Virus record (IMG/VR): IMGVR_UViG_3300009512_000010
Coordinates: 1 to 64,000 of that record
From: a virus
Strand: one strand, 5' to 3'
DNA length: 64,000 nt
This document shows positions 20,749 to 29,803 of the stretch, piece by piece (positions within the stretch are counted from its first letter, which is position 1; the number at the start of each line of letters is the position of its first letter). The translations under genes were made by a program, and so were the position numbers. The notes below the pieces were generated by a model. The model saw nothing but the letters and a program-made list of their open reading frames with translations, was not told the DNA's origin and made no database searches.

Positions 20749-20773
20749 AGGCAGAGGTTTCCCCCTGCCTTTT
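20747..20773. terminator. Bidirectional rho-independent terminator
   Basis: AAAGGCAGAGG-TTTC-CCCCTGCCTTTT hairpin (GAAA loop on minus strand) between convergent genes. Confidence 0.8.
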
Positions 20774-20793
20774 GCCGATGTTACTTGCCGATG

Positions 20794-21708
20794 TTATTCT
20801 TCTGCGGTTAGACGAGAGAAGTAAGACAGTGTGTCTTCTTCGCCAACAGTAGAACTTTCCATTGCCTCTGCCGTGACAGGCGCAAACTCTCGTGCAGGTG
20901 GAGCATCATTAAACGATGGTGCTGGTGCTGTACGTGAAAGGTCTTCGGTTGCCTGTGTGGTCATAGTCGATTGACCAGTAACCTTCTCAAAACGAGCTTT
21001 CAACTCTGCATATGACTTAAAGTTCTTTGGATCGTTGAACTCATTCAAGTCGTGCATCTTGTTATAGATGACTTCCAACTCAGCATCGTTGCTTGACAAT
21101 GCACTCTGAGGAGAGAACTCAGACTTATCGTAGTTGCGATAGCCTTCGACTTGGCGGATCTTCAGTTTGAAGTCTGCACCTTCCCAGAAGTTAAATGGAT
21201 CTACAGGCTTCTCGTCTGCAAATTCTGGTTGCATGGCATCAATGATCTTATCATAGATCTTCTTACCGAACTGATACAACATTACCTTACCTTCGTTGGC
21301 AGGGTTCGCAGGATCTGATACGATCAATGCATTAACAACATAGTGCAAACGGCGTTTCTGTTTACGAGCAAGTGTCTTGCCCTCTTCAGTACCATTGTTC
21401 CATAGTGTTGAGTTGTATTCGGATACAGGATCCTGTTCGTTAAGAGTAGTCAAAGACTTCTCAATATACCAACCACCTGGGCCTTGAAAGCCGTGATCAA
21501 AGTAACGAACCCATGGTAGGGCTTGTCCTTCTGCCGCAGGTAGGAAGCGTAGAACGGCATAACCGTTACCCATCTTATCCACCGTTGGTTTCCATAGGCG
21601 GTCATCGCCATAGCTCTTCTTACCAGTAGCACCACCACCTGCGGCATCTGCCGCCGCTAGTAGATCACCGATTTGATTGCGTTTAGTTTTTAGATTTGCA
21701 AAAGACAT
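20794..21708 (-). CDS. gp32: Single-stranded DNA-binding protein gp32
   Basis: DDRLWKP, GNGYAVLRFLP, WYIEKSLTTL, FGKKIYDKI, NYDKSEF, acidic tail. Confidence 0.96.
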   Translation of the reverse strand: MSFANLKTKRNQIGDLLAAADAAGGGATGKKSYGDDRLWKPTVDKMGNGYAVLRFLPAAEGQALPWVRYFDHGFQGPGGWYIEKSLTTLNEQDPVSEYNSTLWNNGTEEGKTLARKQKRRLHYVVNALIVSDPANPANEGKVMLYQFGKKIYDKIIDAMQPEFADEKPVDPFNFWEGADFKLKIRQVEGYRNYDKSEFSPQSALSSNDAELEVIYNKMHDLNEFNDPKNFKSYAELKARFEKVTGQSTMTTQATEDLSRTAPAPSFNDAPPAREFAPVTAEAMESSTVGEEDTLSYFSRLTAEE

Positions 21709-21761
21709 TTATATGTTCCTCGTATTTGCTGAATTATGATTGTATTATTGTGTACTGAATT

Positions 21762-21790
21762 ATTATACTATAGATTCGATGTGGTGTCAA
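21762..21790 (-). promoter_or_regulatory. Sigma70-type promoter for gp32
   Basis: TTGACA-17-TATAAT, CGAATC in spacer. Confidence 0.85.
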
Positions 21791-21793
21791 CCA

Positions 21794-22027
21794 TCAATCA
21801 TCGAACAATAGTACATTTTGTCTAGGGAGATAGTTCAACTTCATAGCTTCCCCCTCTAACTTCTCAACGATAACGTTGTTAAGAAACTTCTTTACATCCT
21901 CTGGTTCAATGTTTGTATCTTCACAGACATCGATGACTGCATCCATATAGGATAGGTTCTTGTCATATGCGGATGCTTCAACCATGCTTGAGAACTTGCT
22001 CTTATTTAGAAACTCTGTTTCACTCAT
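21794..22027 (-). CDS. gp33: Late transcription co-activator gp33
   Basis: FSSMVE, SYMDAVIDVCE, EKLEGEAMKLNYL motifs; adjacent to gp32. Confidence 0.88.
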   Translation of the reverse strand: MSETEFLNKSKFSSMVEASAYDKNLSYMDAVIDVCEDTNIEPEDVKKFLNNVIVEKLEGEAMKLNYLPRQNVLLFDD

Positions 22028-23133
22028 TTACTCATTGCCCTTAAGATGATTGTATCCCTATTTAGTCTTCCGTTTGGAGCGGTAGTATTGGTAGTTAGTG
22101 CACTCCACGCCTTACCAATTTGATTTGGCGTTTTGCTTAAGGCAACAGGGAGAACATCATTTGGTTTACGGAGTGTGATCTGCCTTGATAGATCTGCATC
22201 CCAACCCTTAAGTGATGTTCCTTTAACTTCAAACCCTGTTGCCTTATGGCTTACGTATTCGATCAGTTTCTTTGACTTGATGTTAAAGCAATACAATCTC
22301 ATCGCACCCACGATTGACATGGGGTGGATTGATTTGAGTTTGTACTCTTTGTTTTCAGAACAAATCTGTATCTTAACGACTTGCTTGTCCGCACTCTTAA
22401 CACGTATTTTGCGTGGTGTGCGTGTAGCTTTCTTAGCCGCCACATACTTATCAGCATCATCAATGATACTCTGAACGAATGCGAGATACTTCTTCCATAC
22501 ACTCAGTGGTTGACTAGAGTATGCCTCAACAAGATCGGGAGTTTTCTTGCTGATTAGCTCAGTCAGTTCATTACGTAATGGTGTGTAGAAAGAAACCACT
22601 GCACTCGCTGTTGATTGTGGAAAGGCATCTTTAAGCAAATCAACATATACAGTGTGAGTGGACTTTTCTGTCCATTCATCAAGAGTGATTTCAATGCCCC
22701 CAATGAAGTCCGAAGTCTTCTCTTGGATAATCTCAGCGGGTGTTTTACGTGGTTTAGATACCACTTCCTCTGTCTTGGCATACAGGTACTTATTACCCAT
22801 CTCCTCAAGGTAAGCAAAGAAAGTGTCCAAAGCGGACTTTGCATTCCAATTGTCTGGAAATGCCTTGCCCTTCTGTTCCCACAAGATAGTAGAAGCAATG
22901 AAGTGCTTAGGCGTGAAAGCCCACTCTGGTGCGGCAAGGTAAACTCTTTGTTTATCCTTGTCGAATGTCTGCTTGATGTAAGTCTTAATGAAAGACGCAA
23001 CGTCCTTCTTATCGACTTCCATACGGATGTAGTCGTTGAAATGGGTAAAGTTTGTGTCAGGTGCCGCACCAATACCTGTACGAGCACGTGCTCTTGGTAA
23101 TGATTTAGTCTTCTTCATTTTTTTGATAGCCAT
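22024..23133 (-). CDS. Conserved hypothetical protein of marine T4-like phages
   Basis: 369-aa ORF; KGTSL, LRKP, NGRLN..TIILR C-terminal motifs. Confidence 0.75.
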   Translation of the reverse strand: MAIKKMKKTKSLPRARARTGIGAAPDTNFTHFNDYIRMEVDKKDVASFIKTYIKQTFDKDKQRVYLAAPEWAFTPKHFIASTILWEQKGKAFPDNWNAKSALDTFFAYLEEMGNKYLYAKTEEVVSKPRKTPAEIIQEKTSDFIGGIEITLDEWTEKSTHTVYVDLLKDAFPQSTASAVVSFYTPLRNELTELISKKTPDLVEAYSSQPLSVWKKYLAFVQSIIDDADKYVAAKKATRTPRKIRVKSADKQVVKIQICSENKEYKLKSIHPMSIVGAMRLYCFNIKSKKLIEYVSHKATGFEVKGTSLKGWDADLSRQITLRKPNDVLPVALSKTPNQIGKAWSALTTNTTAPNGRLNRDTIILRAMSK

Positions 23134-23162
23134 AACGAATCTCCTTCAAGTAGTTACATAAT

Positions 23163-23191
23163 ACATTAACCTAGCACAAAACTGTTGTCAA
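23163..23191 (-). promoter_or_regulatory. Sigma70-type early promoter
   Basis: TTGACA-17-TAATGT. Confidence 0.7.
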
Positions 23192-23194
23192 CCC

Positions 23195-23434
23195 CTATTC
23201 AACATCTTTTTTAGATACCTTCTGTTGGTTCCAAGGATGTAGAACTAACTCGTCGTTAGCATCCCAATGATGTTTAACAAACCCCTCGTCACATAGATAC
23301 TCAACGGTGGTGCTCACTATATCGTCACGTTTATCTGCCCACCAATGTTTATGGATCATCCATCCGCACCATGCACTAGCTACCCCGAAGAGAAATCCCA
23401 AAACATCTTGATCAATGTAAAACTGCAATCGCAT
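23195..23434 (-). CDS. Small membrane protein
   Basis: One hydrophobic segment; GGGAG Shine-Dalgarno. Confidence 0.65.
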   Translation of the reverse strand: MRLQFYIDQDVLGFLFGVASAWCGWMIHKHWWADKRDDIVSTTVEYLCDEGFVKHHWDANDELVLHPWNQQKVSKKDVE

Positions 23435-23455
23435 TCTCCCTCTGTAAACAACTAT

Positions 23456-23707
23456 TTAGGTGTCTATCTCAACGTCTTTTCTGAAGTGATATATTCCATG
23501 GGGTAAGTCCCACGCTTGCATTAGTTTACGATACATGTCGGATGTAAACCCAATAGCCATGAAGTTATTGTTTTGCTCATCCCACTGCCTAAGAAAGACA
23601 TCCCCCTGAGCATCAACGATCAGTTGAACATCCTCATAGGTCTCGGTTGTGTCGAGTATAGTGACTAACGTTTCGTTGAAATGCTCGTCTTCCTCAATGG
23701 TAATCAT
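23456..23707 (-). CDS. Hypothetical protein
   Basis: ORF in tightly packed operon; start placed at MITIEE. Confidence 0.7.
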   Translation of the reverse strand: MITIEEDEHFNETLVTILDTTETYEDVQLIVDAQGDVFLRQWDEQNNNFMAIGFTSDMYRKLMQAWDLPHGIYHFRKDVEIDT

Positions 23708-23709
23708 TC

Positions 23710-24000
23710 TTAGTAATCGCCCCAATCATTATCAAGACCTGTAGTGGCACGATAAGCTTCGCCATAATGCTCTTCGGCATACTTAGATGAATCCGTCCAG
23801 TAATTGACGTTCTCGCCTTGGACAGGCTCACGGATCTCTCCTGATATCTTAGAACGATTAATGCCTTTGACATCTTCCAAAGACTGTTTAGATTTACGCT
23901 TTAGCGTATTCATGCGATTATTACGCTGTAGCGTATTTCGTTCAGCGATTTCTTTAATCATAGCCAAACGGTCAGCTTTTTGATTTGGTGTCATTGTCAT
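23710..24000 (-). CDS. Hypothetical protein
   Basis: ORF in operon. Confidence 0.7.
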   Translation of the reverse strand: MTMTPNQKADRLAMIKEIAERNTLQRNNRMNTLKRKSKQSLEDVKGINRSKISGEIREPVQGENVNYWTDSSKYAEEHYGEAYRATTGLDNDWGDY

Positions 24001-24149
24001 AAGTTACAATCCTTCTCTTACAAATTCTTCAAAAGTTTTAGGGAATACATCTTGTGTAGTATCCAGATAGATTTCATATCTCTGACCATCTTCTGTTAAA
24101 GGTGAATTTTCATCATAAGTCATAATATATTCCTTCGATTTAGTAGTTT

Positions 24150-24178
24150 ATTATAGCACAGTATCAAAAGGCTGTCAA
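24150..24178 (-). promoter_or_regulatory. Sigma70-type early promoter
   Basis: TTGACA-17-TATAAT. Confidence 0.8.
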
Positions 24179-24366
24179 GATCTTTGATCAGCCCCATCCA
24201 ACCAAATTTGGTATTCACGTTCAACCTCGGCTTCCATGACAACCATGTTAGCGGCAAGTTCCCTCTTGAATTCGATAAGCTCTCTGATCGATTTGAAATC
24301 TGGTTTAGATATGTCAAGGATATCTTCCAACTTGTCGATGACCATTTGTGTATCAAGAATATCCAT
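24175..24366 (-). CDS. Small hypothetical early protein
   Basis: Coupled to upstream gene (TAATG overlap), GGAAG SD. Confidence 0.65.
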   Translation of the reverse strand: MDILDTQMVIDKLEDILDISKPDFKSIRELIEFKRELAANMVVMEAEVEREYQIWLDGADQRS

Positions 24367-24710
24367 TATGCCGCTTCCTTTTCAAAGTTCATTTCTATTT
24401 TCTCAAACCCCATCATGGCGCAGATAAACCACTCGCCATTGAGTTCGAAGATATCGCCAACAGAACTACTATGAGTACGGTCACCGATGACATCAACAGT
24501 GGGTTGATTATTCCAAAGGTTAGTCCACTCAAAAGCTTTTTCAAGATCACTAGTATATACAGTATAAGCAAGGTCGTAGAATTCAAAATTAGAAGTGTCA
24601 AATTTTCCCATACTAGCTTTACACTTAACTTCAAAAGCGGGAACCTTTTCGTTAGCATTAACGGCGTTGTATTGCTCGTTGGTCAGTTGAATTTGATAAA
24701 TGTTGATCAT
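24366..24710 (-). CDS. Hypothetical early protein (YodL-like S.SVGD motif)
   Basis: HSSSVGDIFELNGEWFICAMMGF; start moved to MINIYQ because the longer ORF overlaps its own promoter. Confidence 0.7.
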   Translation of the reverse strand: MINIYQIQLTNEQYNAVNANEKVPAFEVKCKASMGKFDTSNFEFYDLAYTVYTSDLEKAFEWTNLWNNQPTVDVIGDRTHSSSVGDIFELNGEWFICAMMGFEKIEMNFEKEAA

Positions 24711-24741
24711 TTGATTTTCACTTTCTGTTTGGTATACATAA

Positions 24742-24770
24742 TCTATAGCAAATTGATTCGGGGGTGTCAA
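24742..24770 (-). promoter_or_regulatory. Sigma70-type early promoter with GANTC motif
   Basis: TTGACA-17-TATAGA; TGATTCG at 24754-24760. Confidence 0.75.
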
Positions 24771-24997
24771 CCCACTATTTTAAAAGGAACCTGAGTTTCT
24801 AACCACTTTACGGCATCTGTTGCGCAAGTGAATACTTCTTCGTCACCTTCTAAAGTAACGGCATCTTCAAAAGAACCTACCCAACCGACACATGCGACAT
24901 GCTCTACAAAACAGTTTTTTGTGGCATTGGTAGACTTAAAGAAGTTAGGGAACTGTGTCTCTTCGAACTTCATCATAGTGTCAAATACGTTTGTCAT
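24767..24997 (-). CDS. Small hypothetical early protein
   Basis: ORF behind its own promoter/leader cassette. Confidence 0.7.
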   Translation of the reverse strand: MTNVFDTMMKFEETQFPNFFKSTNATKNCFVEHVACVGWVGSFEDAVTLEGDEEVFTCATDAVKWLETQVPFKIVG

Positions 24998-25028
24998 TGG
25001 ATGTCTCTTTCTTTGTTTCTATACATTC

Positions 25029-25057
25029 TTTATAGGTGATTCGAATGATATTGTCAA
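25029..25057 (-). promoter_or_regulatory. Sigma70-type early promoter with GANTC motif
   Basis: TTGACA-17-TATAAA; TGATTCG at 25037-25043. Confidence 0.75.
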
Positions 25058-25092
25058 CAGCTAATATAGCTAATATTCATATATTTTATGGG

Positions 25093-25121
25093 TTGACAGA
25101 ATCAGAGAATCTATGTATAAT
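25093..25121 (+). promoter_or_regulatory. Consensus sigma70 promoter of the radical SAM operon
   Basis: TTGACA-GAATCAGAGAATCTATG-TATAAT; two GAATC sites in the spacer. Confidence 0.85.
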
Positions 25122-25193
25122 AAAGGATCAGCTTCGAACACAGGGAAAGGATATATTAATTGTCTATATACTCTGTAATGAAATGGAATACGT

Positions 25194-26096
25194 ATGTACT
25201 ATGAACTAGATCCTTCAATGAACGAGTTTAAGACTCTTTCTATACAGACCACGTATAAGTGTCAACAGACATGCTCCAACTGCTATTTGGGTACGATGCT
25301 GAATAATGATAGTATACCAGACGTAGACCTTATTAAATTTGAAGACGCAATTTCAAGGTTGCCCAACAGAACTGATATTAGGTTTATTGGTGCCGAACCT
25401 ACAATGAACCCCAACCTAGTTAAATTGATTGGTATAGTAAGACGTAATGGGCACCGTCCATCATTACTTACCAATGGACTAAAGCTACGCCGTGAACCTT
25501 ATGCCCAAGAGTTAAAGAATTCTGGTTTAAACCTTCTAGGCATCTCTATGAATGGTGGACTAGATAATGATGTATATATGGACTTTGATAATGGCAAGTA
25601 TGCCAAGTCAAAGATGATTGCCCTTGAAAACATATTTAAAGTAAAAATGTTACCCCATATCAACGTAATCCTAGATCCAAGTAACGTACACATCGTAAAA
25701 CCATTGATCGACTATATTGTTGATATGGCTTTAAAGCATAATGTTAAGTTTAGTCCTACCAAGTTTCCTGTGATGATCCGACTAAAGTCTATAGGTAAGA
25801 TGGGTTTCTATAAGGATAGTCACACCTTCTCTATACACGAACTCAAAGATATTGTTACTGACTTGCATGGGGATGATATTAACTTCATAGATACTATAGA
25901 TGGTCACCTAGAGAAACGATCTCTCACATATAAGTTTCCTACTAGGGCTGGTATTATGTTAGGAAAGATCACTGATTGGACTGTGGATGATGATGGCATA
26001 CCAGACTCAGGCTCCACTAGACGTGGTATCTTAACAGATGATTATAAAGTCGCTCCATTCTTCGAGTATTACGATAAGGCACATAAAGAGACATGA
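25194..26096 (+). CDS. Radical SAM enzyme
   Basis: CQQTCSNC (CxxxCxxC), IGAEPT (GGEP-like), LTNG. Confidence 0.9.
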   Translation: MYYELDPSMNEFKTLSIQTTYKCQQTCSNCYLGTMLNNDSIPDVDLIKFEDAISRLPNRTDIRFIGAEPTMNPNLVKLIGIVRRNGHRPSLLTNGLKLRREPYAQELKNSGLNLLGISMNGGLDNDVYMDFDNGKYAKSKMIALENIFKVKMLPHINVILDPSNVHIVKPLIDYIVDMALKHNVKFSPTKFPVMIRLKSIGKMGFYKDSHTFSIHELKDIVTDLHGDDINFIDTIDGHLEKRSLTYKFPTRAGIMLGKITDWTVDDDGIPDSGSTRRGILTDDYKVAPFFEYYDKAHKET

Positions 26097-26848
26097 AACA
26101 CTTTGAACGAACATGGCATCTAAAGATAGATACCAATATCATTAAAAAGATAATAGACGCTAATAGTGATAAGTTCGTGTGTCCGTTTTCCAACACTGAT
26201 AGCTATCTAAACATCTATAAGAATAGAGAGTGTGCGGTTCAGTTTTTTAATCTTCAAGAGTGTGATTATGACAGAGAGCCTAACAGAGACGGTACAAAGT
26301 ATATTAGATACTTAACAAGCGTAGAGCATAAGTTGGGTAATAAGGATACTGTGGAGTTTCTCAAGACTAACAAGGATAAATTTCAAGTTGAAACAAACGA
26401 AGAAAACTTTGTTATACCATCAAAAGATCCTGATGTAAGGAAGTTCCTAATAGATCTGAATTCTATGTGGGCATTTGATGGAAGCCAAAGACCCAAGGGT
26501 AATATCTGTAGAGCACGAATCGTAAGACTTCCGTCTGGTGGTACAATGCCTTATCACAGAGATGAGACTGCCTCTAAGAACATTCGAGTTATATGTCCTA
26601 TCGTCACACATCCAGATGTGAAGAATGCCTTTCGAGATGTTGATGGTGAAAAGTTATATGAATTCCCAGCAACTGGTCATTTCTATACGTTTGAAGAGGA
26701 CAAGATAGAGCATGCGGTCTTCAACAACTCAGAGATTGATAGGTACGCTTTAATCTTTACAGTAGTTGATGTCACTGACCTAAAGGAATGGGACAGAGCA
26801 TATAAAAAAAATGATATGTTTTGGAAGGCTTGGTCTCGTGGAATCTAA
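26093..26848 (+). CDS. 2OG-Fe(II) oxygenase, aspartyl/asparaginyl beta-hydroxylase-like
   Basis: RARIVRLPSGGTMPYHRD...EHAVFNNSEIDRYALI (HxD...H...R). Confidence 0.85.
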   Translation: MKHFERTWHLKIDTNIIKKIIDANSDKFVCPFSNTDSYLNIYKNRECAVQFFNLQECDYDREPNRDGTKYIRYLTSVEHKLGNKDTVEFLKTNKDKFQVETNEENFVIPSKDPDVRKFLIDLNSMWAFDGSQRPKGNICRARIVRLPSGGTMPYHRDETASKNIRVICPIVTHPDVKNAFRDVDGEKLYEFPATGHFYTFEEDKIEHAVFNNSEIDRYALIFTVVDVTDLKEWDRAYKKNDMFWKAWSRGI

Positions 26849-27329
26849 ACTAATCACAGATAAGACAATAGCCAAGCACATCTTTACTCAGGGAAATCTA
26901 ACTGAAGATAAGAATAGCGAGAACTACACTTTAGCAGAGTTTGAAAAGGGTTGGAAATCTTGGACAGCATTCTTTGTATTGTATGATGGACATGATACAG
27001 TAGCCTTTTGTGGAGTTCGTAAGTTTGGTGACAGATATGTACGAGTCTTCGATAGGTACTTTGTGTTCCCCGAATATAGAAGACTTGGATTAAACAATGC
27101 CGAACACTCTATGCAAATGATAAAACAACAGCTAAACTTCACAGATGGGCGGACACCATTCTTTTCTATAGAGAGTAGTCGAAGTGCGGTTATACGTGCA
27201 GTACGTAAGTTTAATACTGTTATAGATAATAGAGACCACTTCCAAGTTCTGGATGGTCTATATAACACAGCAGGTAGTAGCATGCAACATATTGCTATAA
27301 AAAAACCACACACAACTATCAACTTATAG
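26838..27329 (+). CDS. GNAT-fold acyltransferase-like protein
   Basis: TVAFCGV...RVFDRYFVFPEYRRLGL (acyl-CoA binding motif A); GTG start assumed. Confidence 0.65.
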   Translation: MESKLITDKTIAKHIFTQGNLTEDKNSENYTLAEFEKGWKSWTAFFVLYDGHDTVAFCGVRKFGDRYVRVFDRYFVFPEYRRLGLNNAEHSMQMIKQQLNFTDGRTPFFSIESSRSAVIRAVRKFNTVIDNRDHFQVLDGLYNTAGSSMQHIAIKKPHTTINL

Positions 27330-27341
27330 GAGGATAGAAAT

Positions 27342-27647
27342 ATGCCTTTTACCGAAGTAAGCAAATTTACTAAAGCAGACACCACTTGGGACAACACAAA
27401 TCAAGCTTTTGATGAACTCAAGACGGATATTATGGTGAGCGAAACATTTATCGAGTCTAAAACGGCGGCAGATGCTAACGTATTATCTGAGATTGTCAGT
27501 CTGAATGAAGAGGGTACTGAGCTAATCATCACTAAGACTTGGGATGAAGAAGCATCTTATACTGCATATATGGCTTCAGTATCGAGTCACCTCGCAGATA
27601 TACAATCCAATTTAGAAGCTTATGGGTGGACTGAGACTGATGAGTAG
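27342..27647 (+). CDS. Small acidic protein, possibly dimeric alpha/beta barrel
   Basis: Strong GGAGG SD; ELIITKTWDEEASYTAY resembles the ABM-fold motif. Confidence 0.65.
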   Translation: MPFTEVSKFTKADTTWDNTNQAFDELKTDIMVSETFIESKTAADANVLSEIVSLNEEGTELIITKTWDEEASYTAYMASVSSHLADIQSNLEAYGWTETDE

Positions 27648-28203
27648 CTTTAAAAGGCTTAACTTAGACCCATATCCTAATTTGTTATCAGAACTAAATG
27701 AACTAGATTTAAAATTCAAATCGAATCAAATTTGTTTAAACACTACTGTGGATAAGCCTGATGATTATCTCTTAGGTTGCGGATCTCTATATTATGATTG
27801 GAGTACCGCTAAACGAAATGATAAGAACGAACTTATTAGTGTAGATGTTTGGGATAACCCCCTAACAGAATCAGACTTTACGGAGTTCTGTTCAGTATTT
27901 TCTGGAACTACATTTGAAAGATTGTACAGAGACATCTCTTCTCAGTATGAGGTGGGTCGTGTTCGTATAATGAACCTAGCCCCTGGAAGAGTTATGACAT
28001 GGCATCTTGATGATAGCCCTCGTTTACATTATCCATTTAAAACTCAAGAGGGTTGTTCTATGGTAATTGATAATGAAGTAATGCATTTAGATCAAGACGT
28101 GTGGTGGTGGACAGATACCACAAAGCATCATACAGCGTTTAATGCAAGTGGAGAAAGTAGATACCACATAGTTGCGGCTCTACTCAAACCTACCATCAGT
28201 TAA
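27640..28203 (+). CDS. 2OG-Fe(II) oxygenase, aspartyl/asparaginyl beta-hydroxylase-like
   Basis: GRVRIMNLAPGRVMTWHLD..PRLHYP...HHTAFNASGESRYHIV. Confidence 0.87.
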   Translation: MSSFKRLNLDPYPNLLSELNELDLKFKSNQICLNTTVDKPDDYLLGCGSLYYDWSTAKRNDKNELISVDVWDNPLTESDFTEFCSVFSGTTFERLYRDISSQYEVGRVRIMNLAPGRVMTWHLDDSPRLHYPFKTQEGCSMVIDNEVMHLDQDVWWWTDTTKHHTAFNASGESRYHIVAALLKPTIS

Positions 28204-28986
28204 TGATGTGATACGTTCTCTTACTTGATCGTAGTTGGTGATTAGAGAACTGTAGTCATTATCAAGCTTTATAGGTGTGCTTGATGGCACATCCTCTTTC
28301 CACTCATCACTACCAGCAATATTAGAAATGCACTCATCGATTTTACATTGATCGTCTAGGTCTTCGTAATAAACAACTCTGATATCCTTAACAGTGTTAC
28401 GAAGGTTATAGAGGGTTCCTACCTTATCCATGAATGGCTTAATCTGATTTAATGTTTCTTTATTGATCGTCACTGGTTGTGCAGATTTATTTTTATACAA
28501 CTCTTCGTGACCCACTGTCATGTGAAACATTTTAATCTGAGTTGCAAATAGCGTACTGCAAACGAGTTCTGTTACATCATTTCGAAGTGTGAGTACTATA
28601 TCATAGTCTCGAAAGAAGTCTAGCGTTTCGTCTATAGCATCTGCTATGTTATACGTCCCTTTAATATAATACTCATTACCACTCTGTCGTGCTTGAGCAA
28701 GTAACTTCAGCTTACTCAACACACTTGTCTTATTATCCTTATAGACGTGTGGGTAGATATAATGAATGTCCATAGACTTATCAGTCATTATAGGATGCAT
28801 CTCCATCAAATACTTTTCACCTGTCTTATGGTCTGTCATTGTCTTGTTCTGTAGGGTGTGCAGAAAGGGTTCGCTATGACCAACCAAAGGCAAAAGCTTA
28901 GTGTGCTTCATGACAAAGGGTTTTAGCGATTCGTATAATATGGTACTTCTAGTTCTTGGTGGGCAGATAAAAAAAGGTTTTTTCAC
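28180..28986 (-). CDS. Sulfotransferase-like protein (Stf0/P-loop type)
   Basis: FFICPPRTRSTIL (5'-PSB-like), LTLR.D....S (3'-PB-like), VYYEDL. Confidence 0.65.
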   Translation of the reverse strand: MKKPFFICPPRTRSTILYESLKPFVMKHTKLLPLVGHSEPFLHTLQNKTMTDHKTGEKYLMEMHPIMTDKSMDIHYIYPHVYKDNKTSVLSKLKLLAQARQSGNEYYIKGTYNIADAIDETLDFFRDYDIVLTLRNDVTELVCSTLFATQIKMFHMTVGHEELYKNKSAQPVTINKETLNQIKPFMDKVGTLYNLRNTVKDIRVVYYEDLDDQCKIDECISNIAGSDEWKEDVPSSTPIKLDNDYSSLITNYDQVRERITSLTDGRFE

Positions 28987-29534
28987 GGACAGAGTGGTCC
29001 TTTACGCTCATGAAATGCCAATACACTAGGTCTAATGATTAAAGCTATTCTAGGTCTAGTAATACCCACAACCCTATGAGGAGTTTTTACATTAATCCTA
29101 AACCATGAGTTGGGAACTTCTTGGATCGTCTTAATCAAAGTACGTCCTTCGATGTCAATACCCTCACCCTCTATACTACCACCCTCTATAGGATCATCAT
29201 CCAATTCGCTATAGAATTCAGTCTTAACATCGTCACCACCTGTATCAGTCAAATAAAGATACTTGTCTGAACTCGTTCCCCAATCATAATGAATAGGTAG
29301 ATCCCCAGTAACTACCTGCCACCTAACAGCAACTTTATATGGGAAGTGTGATTGATATTGCTCAAACAACTCATCAGAAACGTCATAGACAGAAAAGATA
29401 CTTTCTTTTTCTGGATCTATATTACCTGTTTGAGATCTTTCATACGTCCATTTAATAGCATCTAAGGCCAAGATGTCATTAGGATTCGGTGGCGGTAAGA
29501 ATTCGATGTCAGAATGATAACGGTCATCGCCCAT
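28983..29534 (-). CDS. Putative 2OG-Fe(II)/cupin-fold oxygenase
   Basis: LPIHYD...WFRINVKTPHRVVG...PRIAL (HxD...H...R). Confidence 0.65.
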   Translation of the reverse strand: MGDDRYHSDIEFLPPPNPNDILALDAIKWTYERSQTGNIDPEKESIFSVYDVSDELFEQYQSHFPYKVAVRWQVVTGDLPIHYDWGTSSDKYLYLTDTGGDDVKTEFYSELDDDPIEGGSIEGEGIDIEGRTLIKTIQEVPNSWFRINVKTPHRVVGITRPRIALIIRPSVLAFHERKGPLCP

Positions 29535-29539
29535 ATCAC

Positions 29540-29803
29540 TTATCCTTTATAAATTTTTGTGATCACATTCTCGAACTGTTCTACCTTATCTAGGCGATTA
29601 GGCCAAAGGATATAATCCTTCTCAGGGTTCTTCTTTAGATTGTTTAAGAGTGGAATGACTGCGTTATACAGACTATCCAATCGTTCTTGTACGGTCTCTG
29701 CTTCGTTAGCGGCCTCTACAGCCTTAGCCACAGCCTTCTGAGAATACTCTAGCTCGTCCTCAGTAACGGCAGTAAAGCCAAAGTCAAATATATCATCCGT
29801 CAT
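29540..29803 (-). CDS. Conserved hypothetical protein
   Basis: FDFGFTAV.EDEL...PLLNNLKKNPEKDYILWPNR. Confidence 0.75.
   Translation of the reverse strand: MTDDIFDFGFTAVTEDELEYSQKAVAKAVEAANEAETVQERLDSLYNAVIPLLNNLKKNPEKDYILWPNRLDKVEQFENVITKIYKG

Noticed and set aside
24711-24770. N-terminal extension of ORF 24366-24770
   Set aside because: Overlaps the gene's own promoter and leader; the ATG at 24710 fits better
25194-29534. Calling the radical SAM island a RiPP cluster
   Set aside because: No SPASM Cys motif, RRE, peptidase, exporter or clear leader/core precursor; kept only as a general tailoring hypothesis
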